A DNA stretch of 44,910 nt, counting the filler, from an uncultured virus (IMG/VR IMGVR_UViG_2049941000_000876) (taxonomy: Duplodnaviria; Heunggongvirae; Uroviricota; Caudoviricetes). It is 5 parts of one record of this genome, joined end to end, with 100 filler letters (N's around TTAATTAATTAA, not from the genome) between each part and the next. Parts side by side here need not be neighbours in the genome. Positions count along the whole stretch, not along the records: positions 4,615 to 28,518 come from IMGVR_UViG_2049941000_000876; 4 more parts are not named here. The stretch is one strand, 5' to 3'. The translations under genes were made by a program, and so were the position numbers. Shown here in pieces: positions 18,845 to 28,518 of this stretch; within the stretch, counting starts at the first letter, position 1, and every line of letters starts with the position of its first letter. Below the pieces are notes generated by a model that did no database searches, was not told the origin of the DNA, and saw only the letters and a program-made list of their open reading frames with translations.

Positions 18845-19729
18845 TTACAAGATAATTCTCGTTTTCTGATAGTTACTGCGAAATGCCTTAGGCGTACAAC
18901 CTTTCTTACGTTTAAAGATTCGGTTGAAATTGCTTAGGTTGTTGAATCCACAATCATAACTGATTTCCGAAATACTCAGGTTCGTATCAACAAGCATTCG
19001 AGACGCGTAACCAAGTCGGATATCAATAATGTAATCACTCAGTTTCTTGCCAGTATGGAGTTTGAAAAAACGACTAAAAGCACTTGGACTCAAGCCTGCT
19101 ATACTGGCAAGAACTGACAAACGAATTTCATCGCGATAATTATCGTTGATATAATTCTTCACTTTCATGATTTGCTTGCTATCATCCGTGTCGACAATCT
19201 TAGAATAACTTGATGAAGCAAGCGTATAACTATCGCATTTAGACAATTCATAAAGTATAGTGAAGAATTGTGTTACCGCATAGAAACTATCCTTTACAGA
19301 ACTCAAGCTGTCAAGCATGGGATAAACTTTCATAATGGCTCCTAACGGAAAGCATAATCCCTTCTTGGCCTTATCCATCATTTTATGAATACTCTTGAAA
19401 GGATTGCGACCAAAGAAATTATCATCGTTCAAATGGAAATAAAACTGTATGGTAATTTCACGAATGTCGTCGCTAACGCATTGGTGTTGTTCCCATACGT
19501 GTTCTAAATCAGGACTCGTAATCAATACTAAGTCGTAATTGCCTATTACTTCACTTGAATCTCCCACTATTCGACGCACACCAGAAGCATTCTCAACAAA
19601 ATTGAGTTCATATACTTCATGATTATGAATGGGATAGGTAAATTCTTTTTTCCTTCTATCAGCGATGTATAACACATCTTTGCTCATCAAAGGACTAATC
19701 TCATGGATAATGCGTCGCTCGTCGGCCAT
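18845..19729 (-). CDS. AraC-family transcriptional regulator (Bacteroidales)
   Basis: N-terminal cupin; SAFSRFFK...ISYDCGFNNLSNFNRIFK. Confidence 0.93.
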   Translation of the reverse strand: MADERRIIHEISPLMSKDVLYIADRRKKEFTYPIHNHEVYELNFVENASGVRRIVGDSSEVIGNYDLVLITSPDLEHVWEQHQCVSDDIREITIQFYFHLNDDNFFGRNPFKSIHKMMDKAKKGLCFPLGAIMKVYPMLDSLSSVKDSFYAVTQFFTILYELSKCDSYTLASSSYSKIVDTDDSKQIMKVKNYINDNYRDEIRLSVLASIAGLSPSAFSRFFKLHTGKKLSDYIIDIRLGYASRMLVDTNLSISEISYDCGFNNLSNFNRIFKRKKGCTPKAFRSNYQKTRIIL

Positions 19730-19739
19730 AGTGAGAATC

Positions 19740-19922
19740 TTAAATTCTAAGTTCCTTTAACGTAGTGGCTATCTTTTGCATTGTTGTAATACGTGTAGGA
19801 ACAAGTGGTAATCGAAGTTCGTTTTCTATCATTCCCATCTCATGCAACAAAGCTTTCACTCCAGCGGGATTACCATCTACAAACAACAAGCTATACAACT
19901 CGGTAAAGCGATGGTGAATCTT
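19740..19922 (-). CDS. dapA: Dihydrodipicolinate synthase, C-terminal fragment
   Basis: Manual translation: IHHRFTELYSLLFVDGNPAGVKALLHEMGMIENELRLPLVP. Confidence 0.8.
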   Translation of the reverse strand, partial: KIHHRFTELYSLLFVDGNPAGVKALLHEMGMIENELRLPLVPTRITTMQKIATTLKELRI

Positions 19923-19932
19923 NNNNNNNNNN

Positions 19933-20037
19933 GGCTACACCTAAACCTAAGAAAGAGCAGAAGATTGTAGAGGATGCTCCTATAGTAGTTGAAGAGAAGC
20001 CTAAGAAATCTCGCAAGAAGAAAGTGGTTGAAGAATA
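19933..20037 (+). CDS. Variant C-terminal tail of the GIY-YIG-like neck-operon protein
   Basis: ATPKPKKEQKIVEDAPIVVEEKPKKSRKKKVVEE matches 25900-26003. Confidence 0.75.
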
Positions 20038-20339
20038 ATGAATCATTACAGCCAATGGTGGGATGACCAGATAACTTTATATAATAAGTATACGGATCCA
20101 TCTACTCATAAGGTAAAATGGTTTCGTCATGTTATCAATGACTGTTTTTACAAACATACAGTTGAGAAATTAACTGTTGGTAAGACTACTATTGATACTG
20201 ATACAACCATTTGTCGCATCCGTGTTTCCGATGATTTTATAGATAAGAAATCATGGATGCAATTACCCGATGATGAGAAGTTGGAGAAATTTACTTTAGG
20301 TGTAGGTGATATCATCGTGGCTGAGGAAACTGATTTTGA
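20038..20339 (+). CDS. Head closure protein, N-part (C-part at 26815-26959)
   Basis: QITLYNKY..WFRHVI..LGVGDIIV; TTT GA|G ATA GAT joins in frame. Confidence 0.75.
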
Positions 20340-20349
20340 NNNNNNNNNN

Positions 20350-20871
20350 TCCACTCTCACGAGTTTGTTTATGATAACGCAAATCATCAACAGGATCGTC
20401 GGTTGTACAAACACATTCCACATGATACCTACGCATCAATCCACGTGCAGTATATTCTGGTTGTTTCAATTTCTCATTACACTCATCGAAAATCTCACGA
20501 GCAGTTTTCGGACTCAATAACTTTTCTATGCCAAAAGCTGTTTTCAATTCAAGATGTGTCCAATGATACAATGGATTTCTAAAAGTATAAGGAACCGTCT
20601 CTGCCCATTTCTCAAATTTCTCCCAATCGGTCGTGTCTTTACCTGTACAATAGCGTTCATCAACACCATTGGTACGCATAGCACGCCATTTGTAATGGTC
20701 TCCACCAAGCCAGAGTTCCGTGATGCTCTTGAATTGATGATCATCAGCAACCATTTGAGGGATTAAGTGACAGTGATAGTCAATAATGGGCATCTTTGCC
20801 GCATGATTGTGGAAAAGTTCCTGCGCCGTAGCTGTTTCTAACAGGAAGTTTTCATCCATGAATTTTTTCAT
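20350..20871 (-). CDS. uxaC: Glucuronate isomerase, N-terminal part
   Basis: FMDENFLL..PIIDYHCHL..WLGGDHYKWRAMR..NPLYHWTHLEL..CTTDDP. Confidence 0.95.
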
Positions 20872-20922
20872 AATTATGAATTTTAAGTTGAATAATTTCT
20901 TATTTAGGTTTCTAAATTGACA

Positions 20923-20975
20923 TGCAAATATACTATTTTTTTTTTGCAATCAGAGAAAATTAAACTATATTTGCA
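20923..20975. promoter_or_regulatory. Divergent Bacteroidetes -7 promoter boxes (TAnnTTTG)
   Basis: TATATTTGCA on + at 20966 and on - at 20932-20923, between uxaC and ansA. Confidence 0.7.
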
Positions 20976-21002
20976 GAAGAAATCACGTAAACGATAACGT
21001 AT

Positions 21003-21394
21003 ATGAAGTTAGTGACCGTTCCAGAACGAAAAAACAAGGTATTACTCATCTATACGGGGGGTACAATTGGCATGGGAAAGAATCCTATGACAGGAGCGTT
21101 GGAGCCTTTAGACTTTAATCATTTGTTGGGTAATTTACCCGAGATGAAATACCTAAAAACCGGAATAGATGTTTACCAGTTTACGAGTCCTATTGATTCA
21201 AGCGACATGTGCCCACAAATATGGGCGCAATTGGTGAATACTATCTCAACTCATTATGACCAATATGACGGTTTTGTCATTCTTCACGGTACTGATACAA
21301 TGGCTTATACTGCATCAGCCTTATCATTTATGTTGGAGAATCTCACAAAACCAGTTATTCTAACAGGTAGTCAATTGCCATTAGGACAATTACG
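21003..21394 (+). CDS. ansA: Type I L-asparaginase, N-terminal part
   Basis: IYTGGTIGM, IDSSDM, GFVILHGTDTMAYTASALSF, TGSQLP. Confidence 0.93.
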
Positions 21395-21461
21395 NNNNNN
21401 NNNNNNNNNNNNNNNNNNNNNNNNNNNNNNNNNNNNNNNNNAATTGTTGAGAGGATGAACC

Positions 21462-21938
21462 ATGAGCGATAAAAATGTGGCTATGATAAAATTTTTAATG
21501 GAATGCCCAACTATTCAGAATAATCCTCTGTTTTTCAATTTTGCCGATACAGAAGATGGTAATAATCATTTTATTACAGAAAAAGATACCACAAAGGTTA
21601 GATATATTGACGGGAGCGTCCTAAAACAGTATACTTTTACTATAGCCAGTTATCATGCTGTTTCACATAATGCTACAGTTGTGGATGATGAAACAGTAAT
21701 TGATGAAAACATCGAGAATATGGCTAAGATTCAAGAGATTTTAGATTGGATAGATGAACAAGCAACCAATCAAAATTTCCCAGACTTTGGTCCTCAGTTT
21801 GTTGTTGACGAGATGGTGACTCTCACAACAGACCCGGATATAGATGGAATTGATACTTCTGTAAATCCTCCAATAGCAAGGTATTCAGTCGGTGTTAAAC
21901 TGTTATACCTGGACAATTCAAAGAAGTTATGGATTTAA
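21462..21938 (+). CDS. Tail terminator-like protein
   Basis: Immediately before the tail tube gene; YIDGSVLKQYTF, NFPDFG. Confidence 0.7.
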   Translation: MSDKNVAMIKFLMECPTIQNNPLFFNFADTEDGNNHFITEKDTTKVRYIDGSVLKQYTFTIASYHAVSHNATVVDDETVIDENIENMAKIQEILDWIDEQATNQNFPDFGPQFVVDEMVTLTTDPDIDGIDTSVNPPIARYSVGVKLLYLDNSKKLWI

Positions 21939-21953
21939 TGAAAGGAGAACAGT

Positions 21954-22472
21954 ATGGCAGAGCAGTTTAATCTTAGAGAAGGCCAGAGAGCCGAGAGAAA
22001 ACTTCTCATCACAGTTGCAGAGTGGACTGAGGGCACATCTCAGGTAAGAGAGTTCCTTGGAACAAGAACAGAGGATTCATCTATTGAGTATAACTCAGAG
22101 ATTGAAACAACCACTGATATCCTTGGAAACAACTACACAGATATGCAGAGAACACAGCCTGAGCAGACATTTGATGCTTCACCTGTAATTGGTGGTGACA
22201 AGCTTAAAGCACTTCTTAACGATATTCGTAGAAGAAATGCTCTTAGTGAGCTCCAGCAGTTCACAATTTACATTATCACAGCATTTGTTGGAAGTTCAGC
22301 AGATGGATATGCCGCAGAGAAGCACACAGATTGCACAATCACTTATGATTCAATCGGTGGTGATGTAAACGTAAACTTCCCTTACACAGTTCACTTCTCA
22401 AACAAGATTACTACTGGTACAGTAGACAAGCTTGCTGAGGACTTTGAGTTTACGGCAGACACAACAGTATAA
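21954..22472 (+). CDS. Major tail (tube) protein
   Basis: AAAGGAG RBS; strong codon bias; SIEYNSEIETTTDILG, SIGGD..NFPYTVHF. Confidence 0.8.
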   Translation: MAEQFNLREGQRAERKLLITVAEWTEGTSQVREFLGTRTEDSSIEYNSEIETTTDILGNNYTDMQRTQPEQTFDASPVIGGDKLKALLNDIRRRNALSELQQFTIYIITAFVGSSADGYAAEKHTDCTITYDSIGGDVNVNFPYTVHFSNKITTGTVDKLAEDFEFTADTTV

Positions 22473-22498
22473 AATGATTTATAGGAGGTATAAACAAA

Positions 22499-23110
22499 AT
22501 GGCTAAATCAACATCAAAACTCTTTAAAGAAGAGAACCCCGAAGTAATGAAAGACGATGCTATGAACATTCCTGAAGAAACTGAAAAGAAAGAGGAAGTA
22601 AAGGAAAAAGTTGTTTCTTTACCTAAGTCTGATGAAGCAGATGATATTCAAGACCTCAATCTTTCAGCTATTAAGAAAAAGAGATTCAGAATTAACGGTG
22701 ATTCAAATAAAATCCTTGAGCTTAATACAAGTGATTTGACGATTACATCCCGTCTTTCTAAGTCTTATGAGAGATTGACAAAGTATATGGATGAAGTTGG
22801 TAAAATCTTATCTAAACTTCCTGATGGTGAAGATGAAGTAGCAGAAGTGGAAGATACAATCAATGAGCAGTTAAAAGCTATTGATGATAAGATGAGAAAA
22901 GAGATTGATTTCATCTTTGATGCTCCAGTTAGTAAAGTATGTGCTGATGGTGGTTCAATGTATGATCCTTTCGAAGGTATGTTCAGATTTGAGCATATCA
23001 TTGATGCTCTTTCTAAACTCTATGAGACCAATCTTAATTCTGAGTTTAGCAAGATGAAGAAGAGAGTATCAGCAAAGACTTCCAAGTACACAAAAAAGTA
23101 TCACAACTAA
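22499..23110 (+). CDS. Tail assembly chaperone
   Basis: Helical protein after tube gene; IDFIFDAPVSKVC. Confidence 0.7.
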   Translation: MAKSTSKLFKEENPEVMKDDAMNIPEETEKKEEVKEKVVSLPKSDEADDIQDLNLSAIKKKRFRINGDSNKILELNTSDLTITSRLSKSYERLTKYMDEVGKILSKLPDGEDEVAEVEDTINEQLKAIDDKMRKEIDFIFDAPVSKVCADGGSMYDPFEGMFRFEHIIDALSKLYETNLNSEFSKMKKRVSAKTSKYTKKYHN

Positions 23111-23141
23111 CTGATAACAATTTTGAATAGGAGCTCCGTGT

Positions 23142-23717
23142 ATGTATGAATTACCTACGGAGATAATGATAGGAGGACGTCCATATTGTATTAGAAACCG
23201 AGGAGATTATCGTACAATATTGGACGTCTTTTCTGTTTTAGAGGATCCAGAGTTAGAACAGAATGAGCGTTATATCTCCGCTTTAATAATATTCTATGAA
23301 GATTTGAATGAGATAGAGGATGTATTTGCTCTATCAGATATGGAAATAGCGATTAAAGAGATGTTTAACTTCTTTAATGCTAATAAAGGAGAAAGTGGTA
23401 AAAAAGCAAGAAAGCTAATTGATTGGGAAGGTGATTCTGAACTAATATGTTCAGCTATAAATAAAGTTGCAAATACAGAAATTAGGTCGGCACCTTATAT
23501 ACATTGGTGGACTTTTCTGTCATACTATATGTCAATAGGGGAGTGTATTTTATCCACTGTTGTTAGTATCAGAGATAAGACAGCCAATGGAAAAAAACTA
23601 GAAAAATGGGAGCAAGATTACAGACGAGAGAACCCACAATACTTCAATTGGAAGTATAAGACAGCGGATGAGATTGATGCTGAAAACTGGTTAAAGAGCG
23701 TCTGGAATAAGGAGTAG
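23142..23717 (+). CDS. Gp15-family tail assembly protein
   Basis: YELPTEI..DYRTIL..IDWEGD..IHWWTFLSY..VVSIRDK. Confidence 0.85.
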   Translation: MYELPTEIMIGGRPYCIRNRGDYRTILDVFSVLEDPELEQNERYISALIIFYEDLNEIEDVFALSDMEIAIKEMFNFFNANKGESGKKARKLIDWEGDSELICSAINKVANTEIRSAPYIHWWTFLSYYMSIGECILSTVVSIRDKTANGKKLEKWEQDYRRENPQYFNWKYKTADEIDAENWLKSVWNKE

Positions 23718-23720
23718 CTT

Positions 23721-24802
23721 ATGGATGAGGAAGTAAGAATCCCACTAAAATTAGATATTAACACAAATGATTTAGATGCTTTAAAACAAGAAATATCTAA
23801 AACGTTTGAGGATGTTCGTAGGTATGAATCCAAGCTCAGTAGTAAAGGTGATGTATTTAAGCTTAAAGGCTTATCTGAGTTAGAGCAAAGTTTAAATAAT
23901 ACTGTCGCAAATATGGCTAATCAAATGGAAAAGTTTGAAAAGCTTAGGTTTGATACGCCTAAAAATGCGTTAGAAGGATTGCGAAATAGTGTTAAACAGT
24001 TGGGCGAAGAGTTAAGAGCAGACAAGGCTGACATTAAAGATATTAGTAAGGCAATAGAAGAATCTCAATCTGATATTAAACAAGGTCAAACTGAACTTTC
24101 TCAAATCACTAAGGAAAGAAATCAATTAGAAAAAGAATATCAAAAATCTATTAGTAAAATTTCTTCTGATGATAAAGGTGCAAAAACAAGATTAGAAAAT
24201 TTAAAAAAAGAATATGATTTTGAAATGCAGTCTCTTGCTAAAAGAGAGTCTGCCGCAAATACTTTAGTGAATGTTGGCAAATATAATCTTGCTAATAGCC
24301 AAGAGGCTCTTAAACTTGCTAATGATAAATTACATACTGATGAAAAGGATATAGCAGAACTTAGAGCCCAAAGAGATGAGATGTATAACATTTCACGTTC
24401 AGAGAAGCGTACCAATGATTATATCGCAGAGCGTACAGCTCGCATGAAACAACTTAATGCCGAGATAATTAAACAAAAAGATGCGATATTTGCGGGTTCA
24501 GGTGCGGCAAGAGAAAAGTTAGAAGAGGATGCAGCCAAAACTGGTGTATCATATCGTTCCAAATATGAGGAAGCTATACAAAAACAAAAAGAAGCGGCTG
24601 CAAAAGAAGAGTTGCAAATAGCAAAAGATAAAGCTAAAGCTGAAAGTGTTGCCGCAAAAGAGGCTGAGAAAGCTACACAGAGACAGATTGCATCTCTTAA
24701 TCGTGAAAAGACTGCGGTAAGAGAAACAGCGGCACAGTACTATTACAAACTTAGGTCAATCAAGATGCTTGGATTTACTATAAGTAGTATCAACTCTAAG
24801 AT
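23721..24802 (+). CDS. Tape measure protein, N-terminal part
   Basis: Coiled coil; AAG AT|T GAT joins 41166. Confidence 0.85.
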
Positions 24803-25153
24803 NNNNNNNNNNNNNNNNNNNNNNNNNNNNNNNNNNNNNNNNNNNNNNNNNNNNNNNNNNNNNNNNNNNNNNNNNNNNNNNNNNNNNNNNNNNNNNNNNN
24901 NNNNNNNNNNNNNNNNNNNNNNNNNNNNNNNNNNNNNNNNNNNNNNNNNNNNNNNNNNNNNNNNNNNNNNNNNNNNNNNNNNNNNNNNNNNNNNNNNNNN
25001 NNNNNNNNNNNNNNNNNNNNNNNNNNNNNNNNNNNNNNNNNNNNNNNNNNNNNNNNNNNNNNNNNNNNNNNNNNNNNNNNNNNNNNNNNNNNNNNNNNNN
25101 NNNNNNNNNNNNNNNNNNNNNNNNNNNNNNNNNNNNNNNNNNNNNNNNNNNNN

Positions 25154-25638
25154 CCTACAACAGCACGTACCATATTGCGTAAAAAACGATTGGCAGTAAT
25201 CTCAAAATACCATGTCGTAGGCGATGTCTGATGCCATTGCGCATGTGTCACTTTGCAAATCGTAGTCTTCACGTCTGCTCCAGTCTTACAAAAAGACGCG
25301 AAATCACTCTGTGACAATAAGAATTGTGCAGCTTGATTCATAGCTGCAAAGTCTAATTCATAATGTGTCTCACAAGAATAAGCCCTGCAAAACGGGTCTT
25401 TGTGCGTGTGTATATAATATCGGTAAGTGCGCCATGTTGCACTAAACCGTGCATGCATATCTTCACTTACCTCTTCTATCTTCTCAATGGCAATATCTCT
25501 CGGAAGAATCCTGTTCATTCGATAAGCCATTTGTCGTTCATCCAACCGCTGAGAAACATCGAAATGAGCCACCATCTTACGAGCGTGAACACCAGCATCA
25601 GTTCTTCCCGCTCCTATTACTTCTATCGGTTCTCTCAA
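25154..25638 (-). CDS. truA: tRNA pseudouridine synthase A, middle part (N-terminus at 26072-26134)
   Basis: GAGRTDAGVHA, FSATWRTYRYY, ANRFLRNMVRAVV; N-terminal piece RYFIHLSYDGTNYHGWQVQ. Confidence 0.93.
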
Positions 25639-25648
25639 NNNNNNNNNN

Positions 25649-26003
25649 CGAAAACACAGTCACAAAGAAAATTTATATCGGAAAATATCTTAGTGTAAGA
25701 TTTGATAAGAAGTATGTAGGAAACGATCCAGGCGTTCTGGAAGACGTTAAAACATACGGTGCAGACAAGTTTATAGTTAATATGCTAAAAGCTTGTGAAA
25801 CGGTCAAGGATTGCGAAATGGCATATGATGCTTTTATTAAAGCTTATAATGCTAAAAATGATGTCAATTATTATAATTGCGAGAAGAAAGAGAAAGCAAC
25901 TTCTACCCCTAAAGTAAAGAAAGAGGAGAAAAAGATAGTTGAGGAAGCTCCTGTAGTAGAAGAGAAGCCTAAGAAATCTCGCAAAAAGAAAGTGGATGAA
26001 TAA
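25649..26003 (+). CDS. Degenerate GIY-YIG-like protein with Lys/Glu-rich tail (main part)
   Basis: ENTVTKKIYIGK..FDKKYVG..VKTYGADKF..FIKAYNA..YYN. Confidence 0.7.
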
Positions 26004-26134
26004 TGAATCGATACAGCCAATGGTGGGATGACCAGATAACTTTATATAATAAGTATACGGANNNNNNNNNNTTGCACCTGCCACCCGTGGTAGTTGGTGC
26101 CATCATAACTAAGATGTATGAAATATCTCGCCAA

Positions 26135-26581
26135 TTATTTTCCCCTATCGTGTTTTGCGGCTCTTCTGAAAGCCTGACGATGAAAGTTTTCTTCAGCCTT
26201 AATAATGGAAAAGACCTTTCTTGCTGGCAATACCTTCATGAACTTCTCATGATAAGTTTGTTGCAATTCCTTAATCTGGACATCCAACCTGTCTCTTTCC
26301 TGAATGGCATTCTTGCAAGCCTCATCATCGTTGACATCAACATGCGCCCTTCTACGCAACTGGTCAAACAACGAACGTTGTTTCTTTTGCATTTCTCTAT
26401 ATAAAGGGAAAAATGCAGATGCTTCATTCGGGGACAACCCTGCCGATGTCGTAATAAACTGTTCGAGTTCTGCCTCAAAACGTGCGGGGTCAAACTTACG
26501 ATTGGCATTAGGATTCTGAGCTTGCATTGTCATGCATCCCAACATCAACGTAACGATTGCTAATATCACCTTATTTTTCAT
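26135..26581 (-). CDS. Bacteroidales exported helical hypothetical protein
   Basis: Signal peptide; AGLSPNEASAFFPLYREM; duplicate at 28619-28774. Confidence 0.8.
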   Translation of the reverse strand: MKNKVILAIVTLMLGCMTMQAQNPNANRKFDPARFEAELEQFITTSAGLSPNEASAFFPLYREMQKKQRSLFDQLRRRAHVDVNDDEACKNAIQERDRLDVQIKELQQTYHEKFMKVLPARKVFSIIKAEENFHRQAFRRAAKHDRGK

Positions 26582-26606
26582 GTCTAATATCTCGTCTGTT
26601 TTAGAA

Positions 26607-26804
26607 TTAGTATTCCGACACATACGCATACATATCCAGATTGTCCATCATCGTGTAGTCAGCGGCTTCGTCAATCGCTGAATATGATGAAGTGTTCTGC
26701 GCCTCGGTGAATTGCTGGTTATCAGCACTTTCAGATGAATGTAAATACATACCTATGCTGAATATGGCCACGCATACACTTGCGGCTGCAATGGCGAATG
26801 GACG
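26607..26804 (-). CDS. Anti-sigma-like membrane protein, C-part (N-part at 27925-28137)
   Basis: N-part has PFKVPDGYFD and a TM segment; the two parts overlap at RPFAIAAASVCVAIFS. Confidence 0.65.
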   Translation of the reverse strand, partial: RPFAIAAASVCVAIFSIGMYLHSSESADNQQFTEAQNTSSYSAIDEAADYTMMDNLDMYAYVSEY

Positions 26805-26814
26805 NNNNNNNNNN

Positions 26815-26959
26815 GATAGATGAGTATACGCCAGGCAAGCGTTCTTCTGATTTAGTAAAAGAGAATAAAGAATGGCCTGGTTGCTTCACAATAGAAACTG
26901 TCAATATCAACGTTGGTGGTGGAAGAGGAAATGAGCATTACCATGTAAGAGGTGTTTAA
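26815..26959 (+). CDS. Head closure protein, C-part (duplicate at 27792-27914)
   Basis: IDEYTPGKRSSDL...HYHVRGV*. Confidence 0.75.
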
Positions 26960-26961
26960 TC

Positions 26962-27326
26962 ATGCCTAGTATTTATCTTAACTTTGACATGAAAGCAGTA
27001 CAGGATAATGTAAATAGGGTGGTGAAGAAAAAGCTTGATGCCGCTAATTATGTAGAGACTAGAAATGAAATAGCTGGTGAATATGCGGCAGCTATTGAGA
27101 AGTATGTACCTTCAAAAACAGGAAGATTGCATAGTAGTGCCAAAGTTATAGATGGAGAGATAAGATATTCAGCTAAGGCTAATAGACCAGGTGGTTCTTT
27201 CGATTATGCACAGATTCAGTATGAAACTCCTTTTGCTAATCGTTATACACCAAATACTTATGACCATTGGAACAGGCATCTTACTACCGCAGAACGTCAA
27301 GCGTTTTATGAACAAGCAAAGAAGAT
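26962..27326 (+). CDS. Neck/tail completion protein (minor capsid-like); last codons at 21442-21472
   Basis: KYVPSKTGRLHSS..YAQIQYE..HW; AT|A ATT GTT join gives KKIIVERMNHER*. Confidence 0.7.
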
Positions 27327-27601
27327 NNNNNNNNNNAGCAACAGCAGTTGGAGCAAAAGGACTTGCTGGAGCAATTGGTGGTGGAGAAGCTGGAGCAAGT
27401 TCAGGTTTAGTTGGCTCACTTGGTGCATTAGCTGTACCTATAGGTATAGTTGTGGGATTCTTAGTTTTAATGGTTGGTGCATTTGGTGGTTTAGAAGGAA
27501 CATTAGAAAGATTCAAAAAATTGATTGATGATGTCAAAAACTATTTTAAAGAGTTTGCAGAAGAAGCAGATATCAGTGGTTCTTTAGATAANNNNNNNNN
27601 N

Positions 27602-27781
27602 AGATGAAATTGGTTCATCATTGTTAGATTATCTTTCAGATTTTTCATATACACCATCTACAGTAAAGATGATAATTGGTGAGATGAGTTTACAGCTTGG
27701 TGATTTTGTTCATACTGAAAAGGGAGATTTCTATGTAACAGAAAACTCATACAGCGGCTCCCAATTCTTTGAACAGACAAT
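27602..27781 (+). CDS. Tail tip protein, linking fragment
   Basis: Continues 41155 in frame and overlaps 30361-30429. Confidence 0.75.
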
Positions 27782-28181
27782 NNNNNNNNNNAATAGATGA
27801 GTATACGCCAGGCAAGCGTTCTTCTGATTTAGTAAAAGATAATAAAGAGTGGCCTGGTTGCTTTACAATAGAAACTGTCAATATCAACGTTGGTGGTGGA
27901 AGAGGAAATGAGCANNNNNNNNNNAATGCTGAATATGGCCACGCATACACTTGCGGCTGCAATGGCGAATGGACGATAGACATGCCACCTATTAGGACGC
28001 ATCTCGATGATACGAGCTTCGTCTTCTGGCAATTTATCCATCAAATCCTTGACGAATCCATCGAAGTAGCCATCAGGTACTTTAAATGGCTGAACTTTTC
28101 CAAATTTCTTTTCCAGAATGTCGGTTTCTTTGTCCATTGTTGTTATGTTTTGTATTTTTGACGCAAAAATATAGAAAAAGT

Positions 28182-28518
28182 TTAATCACGATTCTTAAAA
28201 AATTCAGTAATTTTCTTCACGGCCAAATGATAACTGGCTTTTAACGCTCCTTCACTGGTTCCTAACAGCTTACTAATTTCCGAATATTTCATCTCATCGT
28301 AGTATCGTAGGTTGAAAACCATACGTTGAACATCTGGCAATTGCGAGATGGCTTCTTGCAATTGTGCTTGAGTTTCATCACCATCGAAATAATCATCTGC
28401 CATCAATTTATTGGCAACGCTGAGATCTTCATCTGAACTCACGCACGAAGCGGTTTTCTGCTTCCTTACGAAATCCAACGACTCGTTGATAGCTATGCGA
28501 TACAACCACGTAGAGAAT
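28182..28518 (-). CDS. ECF sigma factor, C-terminal part (Bacteroidales)
   Basis: FSTWLYRIAINESL..LPDVQRMVFNLRYYDEMKYSEIS..GALKASYH. Confidence 0.9.

Noticed and set aside
17645..21394. ansA, rubrerythrin, AraC, dapA and uxaC as phage auxiliary genes or prophage flank
   Set aside because: They are truncated at N gaps, carry Bacteroidetes TAnnTTTG promoters and no SD sites unlike the phage, and the phage genes they interrupt rejoin seamlessly. Mis-scaffolding is the simplest explanation.
23090..23144. A-AAA-AAG slippery site giving a chaperone-gp15 frameshift fusion
   Set aside because: The -1 frame stops at TAG 23128-23130 and is not the gp15 frame; the +1 frame also stops before 23142.
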